Shown piece by piece: positions 41,300 to 55,600 of a DNA stretch of 64,000 bases (the stretch's first letter is position 1; each line of letters opens with the position of its first letter). Made by a program: the position numbers and the translations under genes. Source of the DNA: Eledone cirrhosa (lineage: Eukaryota); the NCBI GenBank assembly GCA_964016885.1, contig OZ024754.1, forward strand, positions 9,982,001-10,046,000, written 5' to 3'. The notes under the pieces are model-generated. The model made no database searches, had not been told where the DNA came from, and saw only the letters and a program-made list of their open reading frames with translations.

Positions 41300-41915
41300 T
41301 CTACACACACACACAGACAGACATACACATGTACTATGTCTGTGTGTAGAGACACACAGACAGACATACACATGTACTATGTGTGTAGACCACACAGACA
41401 GACATACACATGTACTATGTCTGTGTGTAGAGACACACAGACAGACATACACATGTACTATGTCTGTGTGTAGAGACACACACACAGACAGACATACACA
41501 TGTACTATGTCTGTGTGTAGAGACACACAGACAGACATACACATGTACTATGTCTGTGTGTAGACACACAGACACAGACATACACATGTACTATGTCTGT
41601 GTGTAGACCCACACAGACAGACATACACATGTACTATGTCTGTGTGTAGACCACACACACAGACATACACATGTACTATGTCTGTGTGTAGAGACACACA
41701 GACAGCCATACACATGTACTATGTCTGTGTGTAGAGACACACAGACATACATACACGTGTAATATGTCTGTGTGTAGACACACACACAGACAGACATACA
41801 CATGTACTATGTCTGTGTGTAGAGACACACAGACATACAAACACGTGTAATATGTCTGTGTGTAGACACACACACAGACAGACATACACATGTACTATGT
41901 CTGTCTGTGTGTGTA
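41300..41915. repeat. Minisatellite of about 43 bp
   Basis: Unit catacacatgtactatgtctgtgtgtagagacacacagacaga. Confidence 0.88.
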
Positions 41916-42007
41916 GAGAGAGAGACACATACTGTCCCTTTCTATCACCTCTCCATGTACAAACATCACAAGCAATAAGTTGGAGGGAGAGAAAGCTGAG
42001 GATATAG

Positions 42008-42043
<36 letters not shown>

Positions 42044-43393
42044 GGGGGAGGAGAGGGAGGGACGGAGAGAGAGATAGATAGACATAGAGAGGGGGAGAGA
42101 GATATATATAGAGAGAGAGGGGGAGAGAGGGAGGGACGGAGAGAAAGAGAGCGAGAGAGTGAGATAGATAGAGGAAGAGAAAGAAAGAAAGATAGATAGA
42201 CAGATAGAGAGAGAGATAGATAGATAGATAGATATATATATATAGAGAGATAGATATGTTTCTTTTATTTGCCACTAGGGCATCAAAAGTGGGACAAGTA
42301 CAAAGGGGGGAGTTTACACAAAAAGGCGTCCTCAATAAGGAGGAGGCAATAACAAAATATAAGATTATAGAGAGATAGATAGATAGATAGATAGATATAT
42401 ATATAGAGAGAGAGGGGCGAGAGGGAGGCACGGAGGGAGAGAAAGAGATATATAGAGAGATATATAGAGAGAACGGGTGGAGAGAGAGAGAGAGATCAAT
42501 GTTGAAGAGACAGACAAGTAAAGGAGTGATTTGACTGGCATTTCACCAGAGCAATACTAGAGTGTTCACTGACACAAGAAGACAAATGGCATCTGTAAGC
42601 TGCTGGCCAATGATAGACTCTGGAAGATATGAAACAGTTTCACTCTATTATTATAACAAGACAGCTCAACATTTCAACATTCAGATGTGTGGCCACCCCC
42701 TGGCTGCCAGCAAAGCTACAAGGGCTTGTTTTGACTGGAATGAGACCAATTTAAATACAATTCCACTCTATTGTAAGTCAAAAGGTCTAAAAGAGCAATC
42801 CTGAATGTTCACTGCCAAACAAGAACTCAAAATCAATTTCTGTCTGACTGTTTTTAAACTAATTTACAAACCTTCCATTACACTAACCAATAGCCAAGCA
42901 ACACTTACTCACATCACTGTTAAAAGGTTCTGGATTCAGGAGGAGGAGAAGGAAGAGAAGGAGAAGGAAGAGAAGGAGAAGGAAGAGAAGGAAGGGGGGG
43001 GATGATGAGAAGGAGGGATGAGAAGGGGGAAGAGGGGGATGAGATGAGGAGGGGGATGAGATGAGGAGGGGGTGAGATGAGGAGGGGAGGAGGAGGGGGA
43101 GGGGGTGAGGAGAAGGAGGAGGGGAATGAGGAGACGGGGTGAGAAGGAGGGGGAGGAGGAGAAGGAGGGAGTGGGGAGAAGGAGGAGGGGGTTGAGGAGA
43201 AGGAGAAGGAGGGGGTTGAGGAGAAGGAGAAGGAGGGGGATGAGGAGGGGGGGGGGGGGGGTGAGAAAGAGGAAGAGGGTGAGAAGAAGATGTAGTTATG
43301 TTTCTCAATTATCATTGTTATTGCTGTTATTGTTATTGCTGTTGATGATGTAACTAGTTTTTTTTTTAATACTCATGATTGGAACTACCTCGG

Positions 43394-43580
43394 GCAGTGG
43401 TTCCTAAAGTGAGTTCCACAGAACCCAAGGGTTCCACAAAGGAATGTCTGGGGTTCCATGAAGGAAGGTAGAGGAGTATATTTATATTACAACCCTATAA
43501 CAGTATTAGACTTTGGGGTTCACCCAAAAGTTTCTGAACCAAATGGGGTTCCGTGTTTGAAAAAATTTGGAAAAACCTGA
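43394..43580. mobile_element. hAT-like MITE
   Basis: cagtggttcctaaa...tttggaaaaacctg ends with repeated internal gggttcc/gaaccc motifs. Confidence 0.6.
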
Positions 43581-43926
43581 TCTATCCCATAATGCATTAG
43601 GGCAGTGATCTATCCCACAATACATTAGCGCAGTAATCTATCCTACAATGCACTAGGACAGTGATCTATCCCATAATGCATTAGGGTATTATCAACATGA
43701 ATCTGGAAGACTGCATAGAGTTATAGGCAAGTTTACACATTTTATGAAAGAGAACCTTTGTTAAGTTATGTTCCAAACTCCAGCTTAATAATGAAAGTGT
43801 TAATTATATTACTCAATTCCTCCAAATTCTTGATTATTACAAAATTATTTGAAAATCACTGACATTGTCTTTTAATAGAAATATCGCAACAAAAAGTTTA
43901 ACACAACTTTCAAGGTATTAATTAGG

Positions 43927-44110
43927 TGGATTGGCAGTATCGGTAGAGAGTCGGACGCCATGCTTTCCAGCATAGTTACGTCCCTTTACGATCCGAGTTC
44001 AAATCCCGCCGAGGTTGACTTTGCCTTTCATCCTTACGGGGTCGATAAAATAAAGAACCAGTAATGCACTGGGTAATTGCTGGCCTTGTGCCTAAAGTAG
44101 AAACAATTAA
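43927..44110 (+). mobile_element. tRNA-derived SINE family B (representative). Other copies near 2638-2822, 7234-7455, 8808-8997, 27207-27308(-), 44240-44398, 46471-46650, 47168-47362, 47378-47570, 49200-49278
   Basis: Head ttggcagtatcggtagag, B box gagttcaaatccc, conserved centre gcctttcatccttacggggtcgataaaataaag, (att)n-type tail. Confidence 0.88.
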
Positions 44111-44397
44111 TTAGATGAGAAATATGTGACCCTCTTGAAACGACAGCAGCATGTCTGAAGTGGAATTCCCAGAAGATACACAGAAGATGTTCTTAATAGA
44201 GAGGTGAGTTGTGGCCTGCATTATTATATCAACCCATCAGACACAGTGCTTTGCAGCATAGTGTTATGGCTCTTTGTATTCTGAGTTCAAATCCTGCAGA
44301 GGTTAACTTTGCCTTTCATCCTTACGGGTCGATAAAATAAAGTACCAGTAATACACTGGAGTAATTGCTGGCATTGTGCCAAAAGTAGAAACAGTTA

Positions 44398-44467
<70 letters not shown>

Positions 44468-44470
<3 letters not shown>

Positions 44471-44812
44471 CATTTTCATATTTCATTTTTACGTCCGCTT
44501 TTTCCCTGCTTGCAAGGGTGGGACGGGAACTGATTCTGGCTTGATTTCTACAGCTGGATGCCCTTCCTAACGCCAACCTCATTTACAGTGAGTGCTGGGT
44601 GCTTTTTTGCCGTGGGACCTCCACGACCACTTTGCAGTGGAATGACAGGGACACCAGTCCCTATCATCTCATTTCTACAGCTGAGTAAACTGGAGCAATG
44701 TGAAATAAAGTGTCTTGCTCAAGGAAACAACACATCACCCGGTCTGAGAATTGAACTCACAACCTTTCGATTGCAAGGCCAATGCTCTAACCACTAAGCC
44801 ATGTGCCTCCAT
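44468..44812 (-). mobile_element. SINE family A, full length
   Basis: Reverse complement of 3108-3443, flanked by (TA)n. A partial plus-strand copy follows at 44829-44918. Confidence 0.9.
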
Positions 44813-45305
44813 ATATATATATAAATAAAGGTTGTGAGTTCAATTCTCAGACCGGGTGATGTGTTGTTTCCTTGAGCAAGACACTTTATTTCACATTGCT
44901 CCAGTTTACTCAGCTGTAATGTACTGGGTAATTGCTGGCCTTGTGCCAAAAGTAAAAACAATTATTATGTTAACCCTTTCATTACCATATTTCTAATGAA
45001 AGACACTACGTTTCAATTAATTTTGAAAATCATAAAAAAACATTTAGAGTCATTTATTAAAATAATTAATCTTTTCATTATAAATTTGATGTTTGAAATA
45101 TTGCTTCACAAATATTTCTTCAAAAGATGTTTGATAGGCTTAAGTTTGAATTTAAATATGAATATATGTGTTGATCAATGAAAGCAAATGGTGTCGATCA
45201 GTGCATAATCAGTTCATTGTTTTATGATCGTTTCAGATTGCTCATCATAAATATATATAGTGACTAATTGATGGAAGTCATGTAACCACATGGAGTTCCA
45301 ATAAA

Positions 45306-45948
45306 ATTATTGGTCTTACAGTAGACTGGTAGATACCAATATAAATATGACTATTTATAACATTATTAGTCTTACAGTAGACTGGTAGATACCAATATAA
45401 ATATGACTATTTATAACATTATTGGTCCTACTGTAGACAGGTAGATACCAATATAAATATGACTATTTATAACATTATTGGTCCTACTGTAGACTGGTAG
45501 ATACCAATATAGATATGACTATTTATAACATTATTGGTCCTACTGTAGACTGGTAGATACCAATATAAATATGACTATTTATAACATTATTGGTCTTACA
45601 GTAGACTGGTAGATACCAATATAAATATGACTATTTGACTGATAGATACCAATATAAATATGACTATTTATAACATTATTGGTCCTACTGTAGACTGATA
45701 GATACCAATATAAATATGACTATTTATAACATTATTGGTCTTACAGTAGACTGGTAGATACCAATATAGATATGACTATTTATAACATTATTGGTCCTAC
45801 TGTAGACTGGTAGATACCAATATAGATATGACTATTTATAACATTATTGGTCTTACTGTAGACTGGTAGATACCAATATAGATGTGACTATTTATAACAT
45901 TATTGGTCTTACAGTAGACAGGTAGATACCAATATAGATGTGACTATT
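45306..45948. repeat. 56-bp minisatellite, about 11-12 copies
   Basis: Unit attattggtcttacagtagactggtagataccaatataaatatgactatttataac. Confidence 0.95.
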
Positions 45949-45953
45949 TTAAA

Positions 45954-46430
45954 ATGGAGTTCCACTGAAGCAGGTGGAGAAGTTCAAGAATCTCAGGACT
46001 GTGTTCATAAGTGATGGAAGGCAGGCGGTTGAATTAAGTGCAAGAATTGCAAAAGTTGGTGCAGTAATGCGCCAACTTCAGTATTCACGAATCAGAAGAA
46101 GGGAGGTAGGTGTAAAAGCCAAACTCGCTATCTTCAATTCGGTTTTCTTGCCAACCCTAACGTATAGTCGTGAATCTTGGCTAATGACCGAAAGAATACG
46201 ATTGTGAATAGAAGAGGCCGAAATGGGATTCCTCCAAAGGGTTAGGGTTACAATATTCATGAGCTTGGCTCGTCTCACTTGGGGATCTAGCCTGATCAGT
46301 TGGAAATGGTTGCTTCTGACAGGGCCCGCTGGAAGGACTGTCCCCATGACCCTCTTAGGAATAAGTGGGCAAAGGAGAAGAAGAAGAGTTTTGTATTGTA
46401 AAACCATGGCAGTTTTAGGTGGTTTGGTAC
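45954..46430 (+). mobile_element. Old RTE-like LINE 3' fragment
   Basis: VEKFKNL..ELSARIAK..KAKLAIFNSVFLPTLTYSRESW..EMGFLQR resembles an RTE ORF2 C-terminus; contains stops. Confidence 0.7.
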
Positions 46431-46819
46431 CAAAAAGTTAAGGGTACACCAGAAGTCTATTTGAACTCATTTTGGCAGTATCGGTAGAGGGTCGGACGCC
46501 ATGCTTTCCAGCATAGTTACGTCCCTTTATGATCTGAGTTTAAATCCCGCCGAGGTTGACTTTGTCTTTCATCCTTACGGGGTCGATAAAATAAAGTACC
46601 AGTAATGCACTGGGTAATTGCTGGCCTTGTGCCTAAAGTATAAACAATTATCAAAATCAATGGCTTTGAAGTGTATTTCTTTATCCACTGAACAATTTTC
46701 TTTCCTAGAACATTGAGAGGAACTCCACAATCACTCTCTAAGTCTCTACAACACTTTAGTAATAAAAAAACCTCAACCAAGAGCAGTTGAAATCTGACAA
46801 AATGCAATGATAGGTTTAC

Positions 46820-46944
46820 CTCTTCCGAAGTGCTTTTGTCTTGTGGTCTCTGTGGCATTGGAGGTGAGCGGGACTGTGGAGGTGTGTGCGGTGGTAGCAA
46901 GTCAGGCAGGACTCCACTGTTGTTGTGTCGCGGTGACTGCATTG
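46820..46944 (-). CDS. Internal exon of a Misshapen/MAP4K4-TNIK-MINK1 family kinase (linker region): MQSPRHNNSGVLPDLLPPHTPPQSRSPPMPQRPQDKSTSEE
   Basis: Acceptor ttgcactttcag| and donor GAG|gtaaac. 125 nt, phase 1 to phase 0, joining exon 27106 in frame (...DKSTSEE|YRQAV...). GC-rich coding-like island; the LPDLL motif resembles the MAP4K4-family linker. Confidence 0.85.
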
Positions 46945-48195
46945 CTGAAAGTGCAATAAGGAATCAGGTTATACAATGGTGTTAGAAATGGTGCACAGAA
47001 AAGAAATCAACAAAAAAACATTGGCATAACAATTCTACAGAGTTTTTCTCACTCAGAAATAATAAAAAGAAATATATATAAATACAAAAAACTAAAAAAA
47101 AAACTGAAGGAAGAGAACAAGAACAACAATTATTATTATTATTATTACTATTATTATTATAATGGCCATGGATTGGCAGTATCGATAGAGAGTTGGACCC
47201 CATGCTTTGGCACATAGTGTTATAGCCCTTGTCATTCTGAGTTGAAATCCCACTGAGGTTAACTTTGCCTTTTCATTCTTTCAGGGTCGATAAAATAAAG
47301 TACCAGTAATGCACTGGGGTAATTGCTGGCCTTGTGCCAAAAGTAGAAACAATTATTATTATTATGGCCCTTGGAGGTGGATTGGCAGCTTCGGTAGAAA
47401 GTCAGACACCCTGCTTCACAACATAGAATTACGGCCCTTTATGTTCTGAATTCAAATCCCACCCGAGGTTAACTTTGCCTTTCATCCTTACAGGGTCGAT
47501 AAAATAAAGTAGCTCTCATGCACTGAGGGTCGATTTCATTGACTTTCCCCTCCCTATTAAATTGCTGGCCACTCATACTGATGTTAAGGTATTGTCTTCA
47601 GAATAAATAATATCAAAATCTGGTAGCTTTCATATTATGTGAGATAAAGCCTTTACCATGAAAATACAATAGTAAATATAGAGTAATATAAATGGTAAAG
47701 GGTTAAGAAAGTCCTCCTAGCTTCATTTCTGTAGTCGTAGCAACAGTATTGTTAAGAGATAAGGAGAAAGGAGAAGTTACTTATTTAGAGAGGAAAATTC
47801 CAAAAGAGATGACTTTCTCAGTAAGAAATCGGAAAGATGAAAATGTGTATTTATGTAATATGAGAATTGGCATTGCTTGATAGAGAAAGTTAAGAGTGTA
47901 TATAGATAGCACCTCTAGCTGGTAGTATCTCATTTGGGTCTCTAGTGGTCCTGGTGTCTCCATCCTGTCCATATCAATATAGTATTTCTCAATGAAAGGA
48001 TTGATGAAATAAGTGTGTAAGATTTATAACAAATTGAGAGGGGTGGCACAAATACAAGGTGCCAAACTGACGGGAAGCTTTGCTATAGCTGTATGTGATT
48101 GTATTTCCTTGAAGATCAGAGACACAACCCAGATGCTGCTACACACTATTGACAAAAGTTATCTGCAGCAAGTATGAGCTTTATTTAAGAGAACA

Positions 48196-49187
48196 GTGTA
48201 CCTCTTGCATGCTAAAGACCAAGGGGAAGATGTACCTCTTCCATACTAAAGACCAAGGGAAAGATGTACCTCTTCCATACTAAAGACCAAAGGAAAGATG
48301 TACCTCTTCCATACTAAAGACCAAGGGGAAGATGTACCTCTTCTATACTAAAGACCAAGGGAAAGATGTACCTCTTCTATAGTAAAGACCAAAGGAAAGA
48401 TGTACCTCTTCCATACTAAAGACCAAAGGAAAGATGTACCTCTTCCATACTAAAGACCAAGTGAAAGATGTACCTCTTCTATACTAAAGACCAAAGGAAA
48501 GATGTACCTCTTCCATACTAAAGACCAAGGGAAAGATGTACCTCTTCCATACTAAAGACCAAGGGAAAGATGTACCTCTTCTATAGTAAAGACCAAAGGA
48601 AAGATGTACCTCTTCTATAGTAAAGACCAAGGGAAAGATGTACCTCTTCTATAGTAAAGACAAAGGGAATAATGTACCTCTTCTATACTAAAGACCAAAG
48701 GAAAGATGTACCTCTTCCATACTAAAGACCAAAGGAAAGATGTACCTCTTCTATAGTAAAGACCAAAGGAAAGATGTACCTCTTCTATACTAAAGACCAA
48801 AGGAAAGATGTACCTCTTCTATAGTAAAGACAAAGGGAATAATGTACCTCTTCTATACTAAAGACCAAAGGAAAGATGTACCTCTTCCATACTAAAGACC
48901 AAAGGAAAGATGTACCTCTTCTATAGTAAAGACCAAAGGAAAGATGTACCTCTTCTATACTAAAGACCAAAGGAAAGATGTACCTCTTCTATAGTAAAGA
49001 CAAAGGGAATAATGTACCTTTTCTGTACTAAAGACCAAAGGAAAGATGTACCTCTTCCATAGTAAAGACCAAAGGAAAGATGTACCTCTTCCATACTAAA
49101 GACCAAAGGAAAGATGTACCTCTTCCATACTAAAGACGAAGGGAAAGGTGTACCTCTTCTATACTAAAGACCAAAGGAAAGATGTAC
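48196..49187. repeat. 34-bp minisatellite, about 29 copies, with a 170-bp higher-order unit
   Basis: Unit gatgtacctcttccatactaaagaccaaaggaaa; the variant caaagggaataatgt recurs at 48661, 48831 and 49001. Confidence 0.95.
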
Positions 49188-50567
49188 ATTTTCATCATTA
49201 AGGGGTCGATAAAATAAAGTACCAGTAATACACTGGGATAATTGCTGGCCTTGTGCCAAAAGTTGAAACAATTATTAATTACACCCAAACCATATATTCT
49301 ATGGTAGCAGAAATCAAGCAGGAATTGTCATTAATGTTAGAAGACAATTCTAACATTGGTTAGACTATGCTGGATAAGAAATATCACTATTTTATATTAA
49401 AACAAAAGTACAAATATCACACACACAAACACACACACACACATAAATAGACATACACAAAAACGTATACAAACATACACACATAAACACAAACATATAT
49501 ACACATAAATACACATCCACACACACACATACATACAAATAAATATACACACAAAAGCATACATACAAACACATACATACATAAACACAAACTTATACAC
49601 ACATATACAAACACATACATAAACTTATACACACAGATACACATATACAAACACATACATACATAAACACAAAATTATACAAACACACACATACATACAT
49701 AAATAAATAAATACACACACAAACACACACATGTAGACACATACAAATGTGATCAAAGAAAAAACACAAAGATAAAAGGTAAAGAGGGGGAGAGGGAAGA
49801 AGAGGAGGAGGTGGAGGAGGCAGTTTTAATTAAAGGAACTAAGAAATTAACGAAGAATTGATTGGTGATATAAGGTGGTGGTGGAGGGTGGGGGTAAGAA
49901 GAGGAGACCAGAATAAATGAATAGAGGCAGAGGAAAGATGGGATTATAGTGGGAGAATATTACATCTCATTGTCAGGAGTTGACATATAGAATAGGTGTA
50001 GGATATATCTGGGGTAGAGGGAGGGAGAGGGGTGAGGGGGGGGGGGGGGTGAGGGAGGGGGAGTATGAAAGACAATGAGAGGATGAGAGAGGGGGAGAGG
50101 TGGGTCGGGGGATGTATGAAAGACAATGAGAGGAGAGAGATGGGGAGGATGGGGGAGGGGGAGGTTGGAGGAGGGGGAGAAGGGGAGGAGGAGGAAGAGA
50201 TAGGGAGAAGGATTGGTGGAAGGAAGAGAGAGGGAGGGATTGGGGAAAAGGAGAATATGAAGGACAATGAGAGAGGGAGAGGAGGAAGTACGATTGTGGG
50301 AAGGGAGAGTATGAAAGAGAGAGAGGAGGAGGGGGAGAATATGAAAGAGAGAGATGACAAGGAGTTCAACAGCTAATGGGAGCTCCAAGGTAATTAAAAC
50401 TTCTAATAAGTGGCCAGTAATTGTGATGCCGATGTAATGTAAATAATTAAAACTAGAGATAAGGCAGAAGGTCAAAACCCCAACTCTCTGCGGTTCATAC
50501 TCACTCCCCTCACTCCAAACAAGCAACTATGACCAGTTTGCTTCAACTGGTGTCCAATAGTGGTAAC

Positions 50568-52446
50568 AGACTAAATATAGTAAAAATGTAGTTGAAATAT
50601 AGTATAAAATATAGACTAAATATAGTAAAAATGTAGTTGAAATATAGTAAAATATAGACTAAATATAGTAAAAATGTAGTTGAAATATAATAAAATATAG
50701 ACTAAATATAGTAAAAATGTAGTTGAAATATAGTAAAATATAGACTAAATATAGTAAAAATGTAGTTGAAATATAGTAAAATATAGACTAAATATAGTAA
50801 AAATGTAGTTGAAATATAATAAAATATAGACTAAATATAGTAAAAATGTAGTTGAAATATAGTAAAATATAGACTAAATATAGTAAAAATGTAGTTGAAA
50901 TATAGTAAAATATAGACTAAATATAGTAAAAATGTAGTTGAAATATAATAAAATATAGACTAAATATAGTAAAAATGTAGTTGAAATATAGTAAAATATA
51001 GACTAAATATAGTAAAAATGTAGTTGAAATATAGTATAAAATATAGACTAAATATAGTAAAAATGTAGTTGAAATATAGTAAAATATAGACTAAATATAG
51101 TAAAAATGTAGTTGAAATATAGTAAAATATAGACTAAATATAGTAAAAATGTAGTTGAAATATAATAAAATATAGACTAAATATAGTAAAAATGTAGTTG
51201 AAATATAGTAAAATATAGACTAAATATAGTAAAAATGTAGTTGAAATATAGTAAAATATAGACTAAATATAGTAAAAATGTAGTTGAAATATAATAAAAT
51301 ATAGACTAAATATAGTAAAAATGTAGTTGAAATATAGTAAAATATAGACTAAATATAGTAAAAATGTAGTTGAAATATAGTAAAATATAGACTAAATATA
51401 GTAAAAATGTAGTTGAAATATAATAAAATATAGACTAAATATAGTAAAAATGTAGTTGAAATATAGTAAAATATAGACTAAATATAGTAAAAATGTAGTT
51501 GAAATATAGTAAAATATAGACTAAATATAGTAAAAATGTAGTTGAAATATAATAAAATATAGACTAAATATAGTAAAAATGTAGTTGAAATATAGTAAAA
51601 TATAGACTAAATATAGTAAAAATGTAGTTGAAATATAGTAAAATATAGACTAAATATAGTAAAAATGTAGTTGAAATATAGTATAAAATATAGACTAAAT
51701 ATAGTAAAAATGTAGTTGAAATATAGTAAAATATAGACTAAATATAGTAAAAATGTAGTTGAAATATAGTAAAATATAGACTAAATATAGTAAAAATGTA
51801 GTTGAAATATAGTAAAATATAGACTAAATATAGTAAAAATGTAGTTGAAATATAGTAAAATATAGACTAAATATAGTAAAAATGTAGTTGAAATATAGTA
51901 AAATATAGACTAAATATAGTAAAAATGTAGTTGAAATATAGTAAAATATGGACTAAATATAGTAAAAATGTAGTTGAAATATAGTAAAATATAGACTAAA
52001 TATAGTAAAAATGTAGTTCAAATATAATAAAATATAGACTAAATATAGTAAAAATGTAGTTGAAATATAGTAAAATATAGACTAAATATAGTAAAAATGT
52101 AGTTGAAATATAGTAAAATATAGACTAAATATAGTAAAAATGTAGTTGAAATATAGTAAAATATGGACTAAATATAGTAAAAATGTAGTTGAAATATAGT
52201 AAAATATGGACTAAATATAGTAAAAATGTAGTTGAAATATAGTAAAATATAGACTAAATATAGTAAAAATGTAGTTGAAATATAGTAAAATATAGACTAA
52301 ATATAGTAAAAATGTAGTTGAAATATAGTAAAATATAGACTAAATATAGTAAAAATGTAGTTGAAATATAGTAAAATATAGACTAAATATAGTAAAAATG
52401 TAGTTGAAATATAGTAAAATATAGACTAAATATAGTAAAAATGTAG
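50568..52446. repeat. 43-bp AT-rich satellite, about 43-44 copies
   Basis: Unit agactaaatatagtaaaaatgtagttgaaatatagtaaaatat, highly homogeneous. Confidence 0.98.
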
Positions 52447-52991
52447 AAAGTTGAATATAAGGTGAGGAAGATGTGACCCAAAAGTCTAAACCAGGCATGG
52501 GAACCTTTTTAAGAGAAGCAGACCACATGAGATATGGCTCATCATCAGGGTCACAAGCGCTAATTTACATTCATGCCCACATTAAAAAAAGGGGCAGTAA
52601 CTCAGGTTGTTTTGATTTATTTTTTCAGAATTCGTACACGTTGTTTTCCTCGATCGTAAAAATGATAGAAAGATAAATTACGACTGAAAAGTTGGGGTAA
52701 AGAAAAATCAGAAAGATTTCACTTTGGTGACTTAGGACAGCCATTCAGAAAGCTTCGCGGACTGCAGGTTGCCCATGACTGATCTAAACAATGTGTTGAT
52801 AAGCTGTAGTGTTAACTGGCTTCCTACAAGGTTCTCATAGGTTTCTTGGGTGTTTTAATGATATGGGTTCCATCTTTAACTTTCCAGAGGACAACCCATG
52901 GTCAGTGATGACCAAAAAGGGACAGACAAGTGCCTAATTTTATTTGATTCAATTAACTATAACCCCTTGCTTATATACTTCTGGTCGAGTG

Positions 52992-53332
52992 ATCATCATC
53001 ATCATCATTTTACGTCCACTTTTCCCTGCTTGCAAGGGTGGGACGGGAACTGATTCTGGCTTGATTTCTACAGCTGGATGCCCTTCCTAACACCAACCTC
53101 ATTTACAGTGAGTGCTGGGTGCTTTTTTGCCGTGGCACCTCCACGTCCACTTTGTAGTGGAATGATATGGACCTCAGTCCCTATCATCTCATTTCTACAG
53201 CTGAGTAAACTGGAGCAATGTGAAATAAAGTGTCTTGCTCAAGGGAACAACACATCACCCGGTCTGAGAATTGAACTCACAACCTTTCGATTGCAAGGCC
53301 AATGCTCTAACCACTAAGCCATGTGCCTCCAT
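52992..53332 (-). mobile_element. SINE family A, full length
   Basis: Reverse complement of 3108-3443. Confidence 0.9.
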
Positions 53333-53467
53333 AAAGTTTTAAATTGGTATTTTTAACGATATGGATCCCATTATTAACTTTCCAGGTAATGACTTGTGGT
53401 CAGTGATTTATAAATGGGGTTTAAATTGTTGCCCATTTCTCTGACATAAAATAAGGGGCCTAAGACA

Positions 53468-53760
53468 TATTCAAGTATATATGGTATATAAGTTTTGGGG
53501 ATACTTCTAAAATTGGGGGGTTGGATTATATTTGAGTATATATGGTATATAAGTTTTGGGGATATTTCTGAAACTGGGGGTCAGATTATATTTGAGTATG
53601 TATATGGTATATCGGTTTGGGGATACTTCTGAAATGGGGGGGGGGGGGGGGCGATTATATTCGAGAATATATGGTATATAAGTTTTGGGGATACTTCTGA
53701 AACTAGGGGTCAGATTATTCGAGAATATATGGTATATCGGTTTGGGGATACTTCTGAAAT
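53468..53760. repeat. Tandem repeat of about 60 bp, about 5 copies
   Basis: gattata...tatatggtatataagttttggggatacttctgaaa recurs. Confidence 0.85.
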
Positions 53761-54806
53761 AAAAAGAAATCAATAACTTGAAACTGAAAAGCCAGTTGTA
53801 TGTTTCTAGTGGTGTTAACAAAAGTGTATTTTAATGTAGAGGGGTTGATGATAGGTGCGATAATACTCTAGTACTATAAATAACAGGAACAGTTCTATTG
53901 TTTGTACTATTAATAACAAGAATATATAGAAAAGACTAAATGAAAAAAAGAGAAAAATTATTCCGTCATTGAAATTATTTCTATGGTTTTCAAGAAATAT
54001 GACCTTCAAATTATTAATTTTCAAGAAAGTAATAAAGGAGAAGAATTGGTAACCATAATTAGAAGTCTTTTCAAAATGTAACGGGTGGAGGGAAGCATGT
54101 GTAAAATTTGTAAAAGACATTTCAAATTGCTGGCTTCCTCTATTACGTTGATACATGTGTTGGAGTTTCTTTGTGTGTTCTTCTGCTTAAAACCATTACT
54201 TTTAGAATTGGAGAGCTACAACAGCAGGAGGAAGAGGGCGAAGAGGAGGAAAATTCATTTGAAAACAGCAGGAAAATTGCAGTTAGGAAACAAGCAGAAA
54301 TGAAGTCAAGAAAAAGACCTATTCTATCTCATCTCTGCAGTCATTATAGAGAAGAGTGACAGGAACTTGGTAGCATCTCATGACAGCATCACACAAGAAG
54401 TGGTTTATTGTGGTTTCTAAATTATCTTTTATTTTCTCGTTAGCTTCATGGCTCCATCCTTTTCATGGTACAACCAGTTTTGATTAATAAGGTCATTGAA
54501 TGAAGGGGAAGTGGACATGTTTTGTGACAGCAAAAGCAGAAAGCAAGCTAGTACATACACCTCCCATTCCCATGCACAACTAATAGACATGTCTAGTAGG
54601 TAAAATGCATTTTCGTATCTAATAAAAGATATTTTTGATGGATTGCTGTGTAGAACAAAACAGTGAGTGAGACCATGTAAAGAAAATGAAATGTAACAGA
54701 TTTTCATGTTCACGGAAATGTATGAGTCTTGCACGAAACCTCTTCCTGTGTGTGGTATCTCTATGTATCAATATAATCTCTATATCAATAATTATGTATG
54801 TACATT

Positions 54807-54875
<69 letters not shown>

Positions 54876-55140
54876 TTATATATGGATAGATAGATATATT
54901 TATATATATATAGATAGATAGATAGATATTTATTTATATATATAGATAAATAGATATTTTTATATATAAATAGATAGATATTTATTTATATATATATATA
55001 TAGATATTTATATATATATAGATATTTATATATAGATAAATAGATATTTTTATATATAAATAGATAGATATTTTTATATATAAATAGATAGATATTTTTA
55101 TATATAAATAGATAGATATTTTTATATATAAATAGATAGA

Positions 55141-55202
<62 letters not shown>

Positions 55203-55440
55203 GATAGATATTTATATATATATATAAATAGATAGATATTTTTATATATATATATAGATAGATATTTATATATATATATATAGATAGATATTTATATATA
55301 TATATATAGATAGATATTTATATATATATATATAGATAGATATTTATATATATATATATATAGAGATAGATATTTATATATATATATATATAGAGATAGA
55401 TATTTATATATATATATATATATATATATAGATAGATAGA

Positions 55441-55515
<75 letters not shown>

Positions 55516-55600
55516 TATATATCATCATCATCATCACCGTTTTACGTCCGTTCTTCCACGCTAGCATGGGTTAGACGGTATACATATATATATATATATA

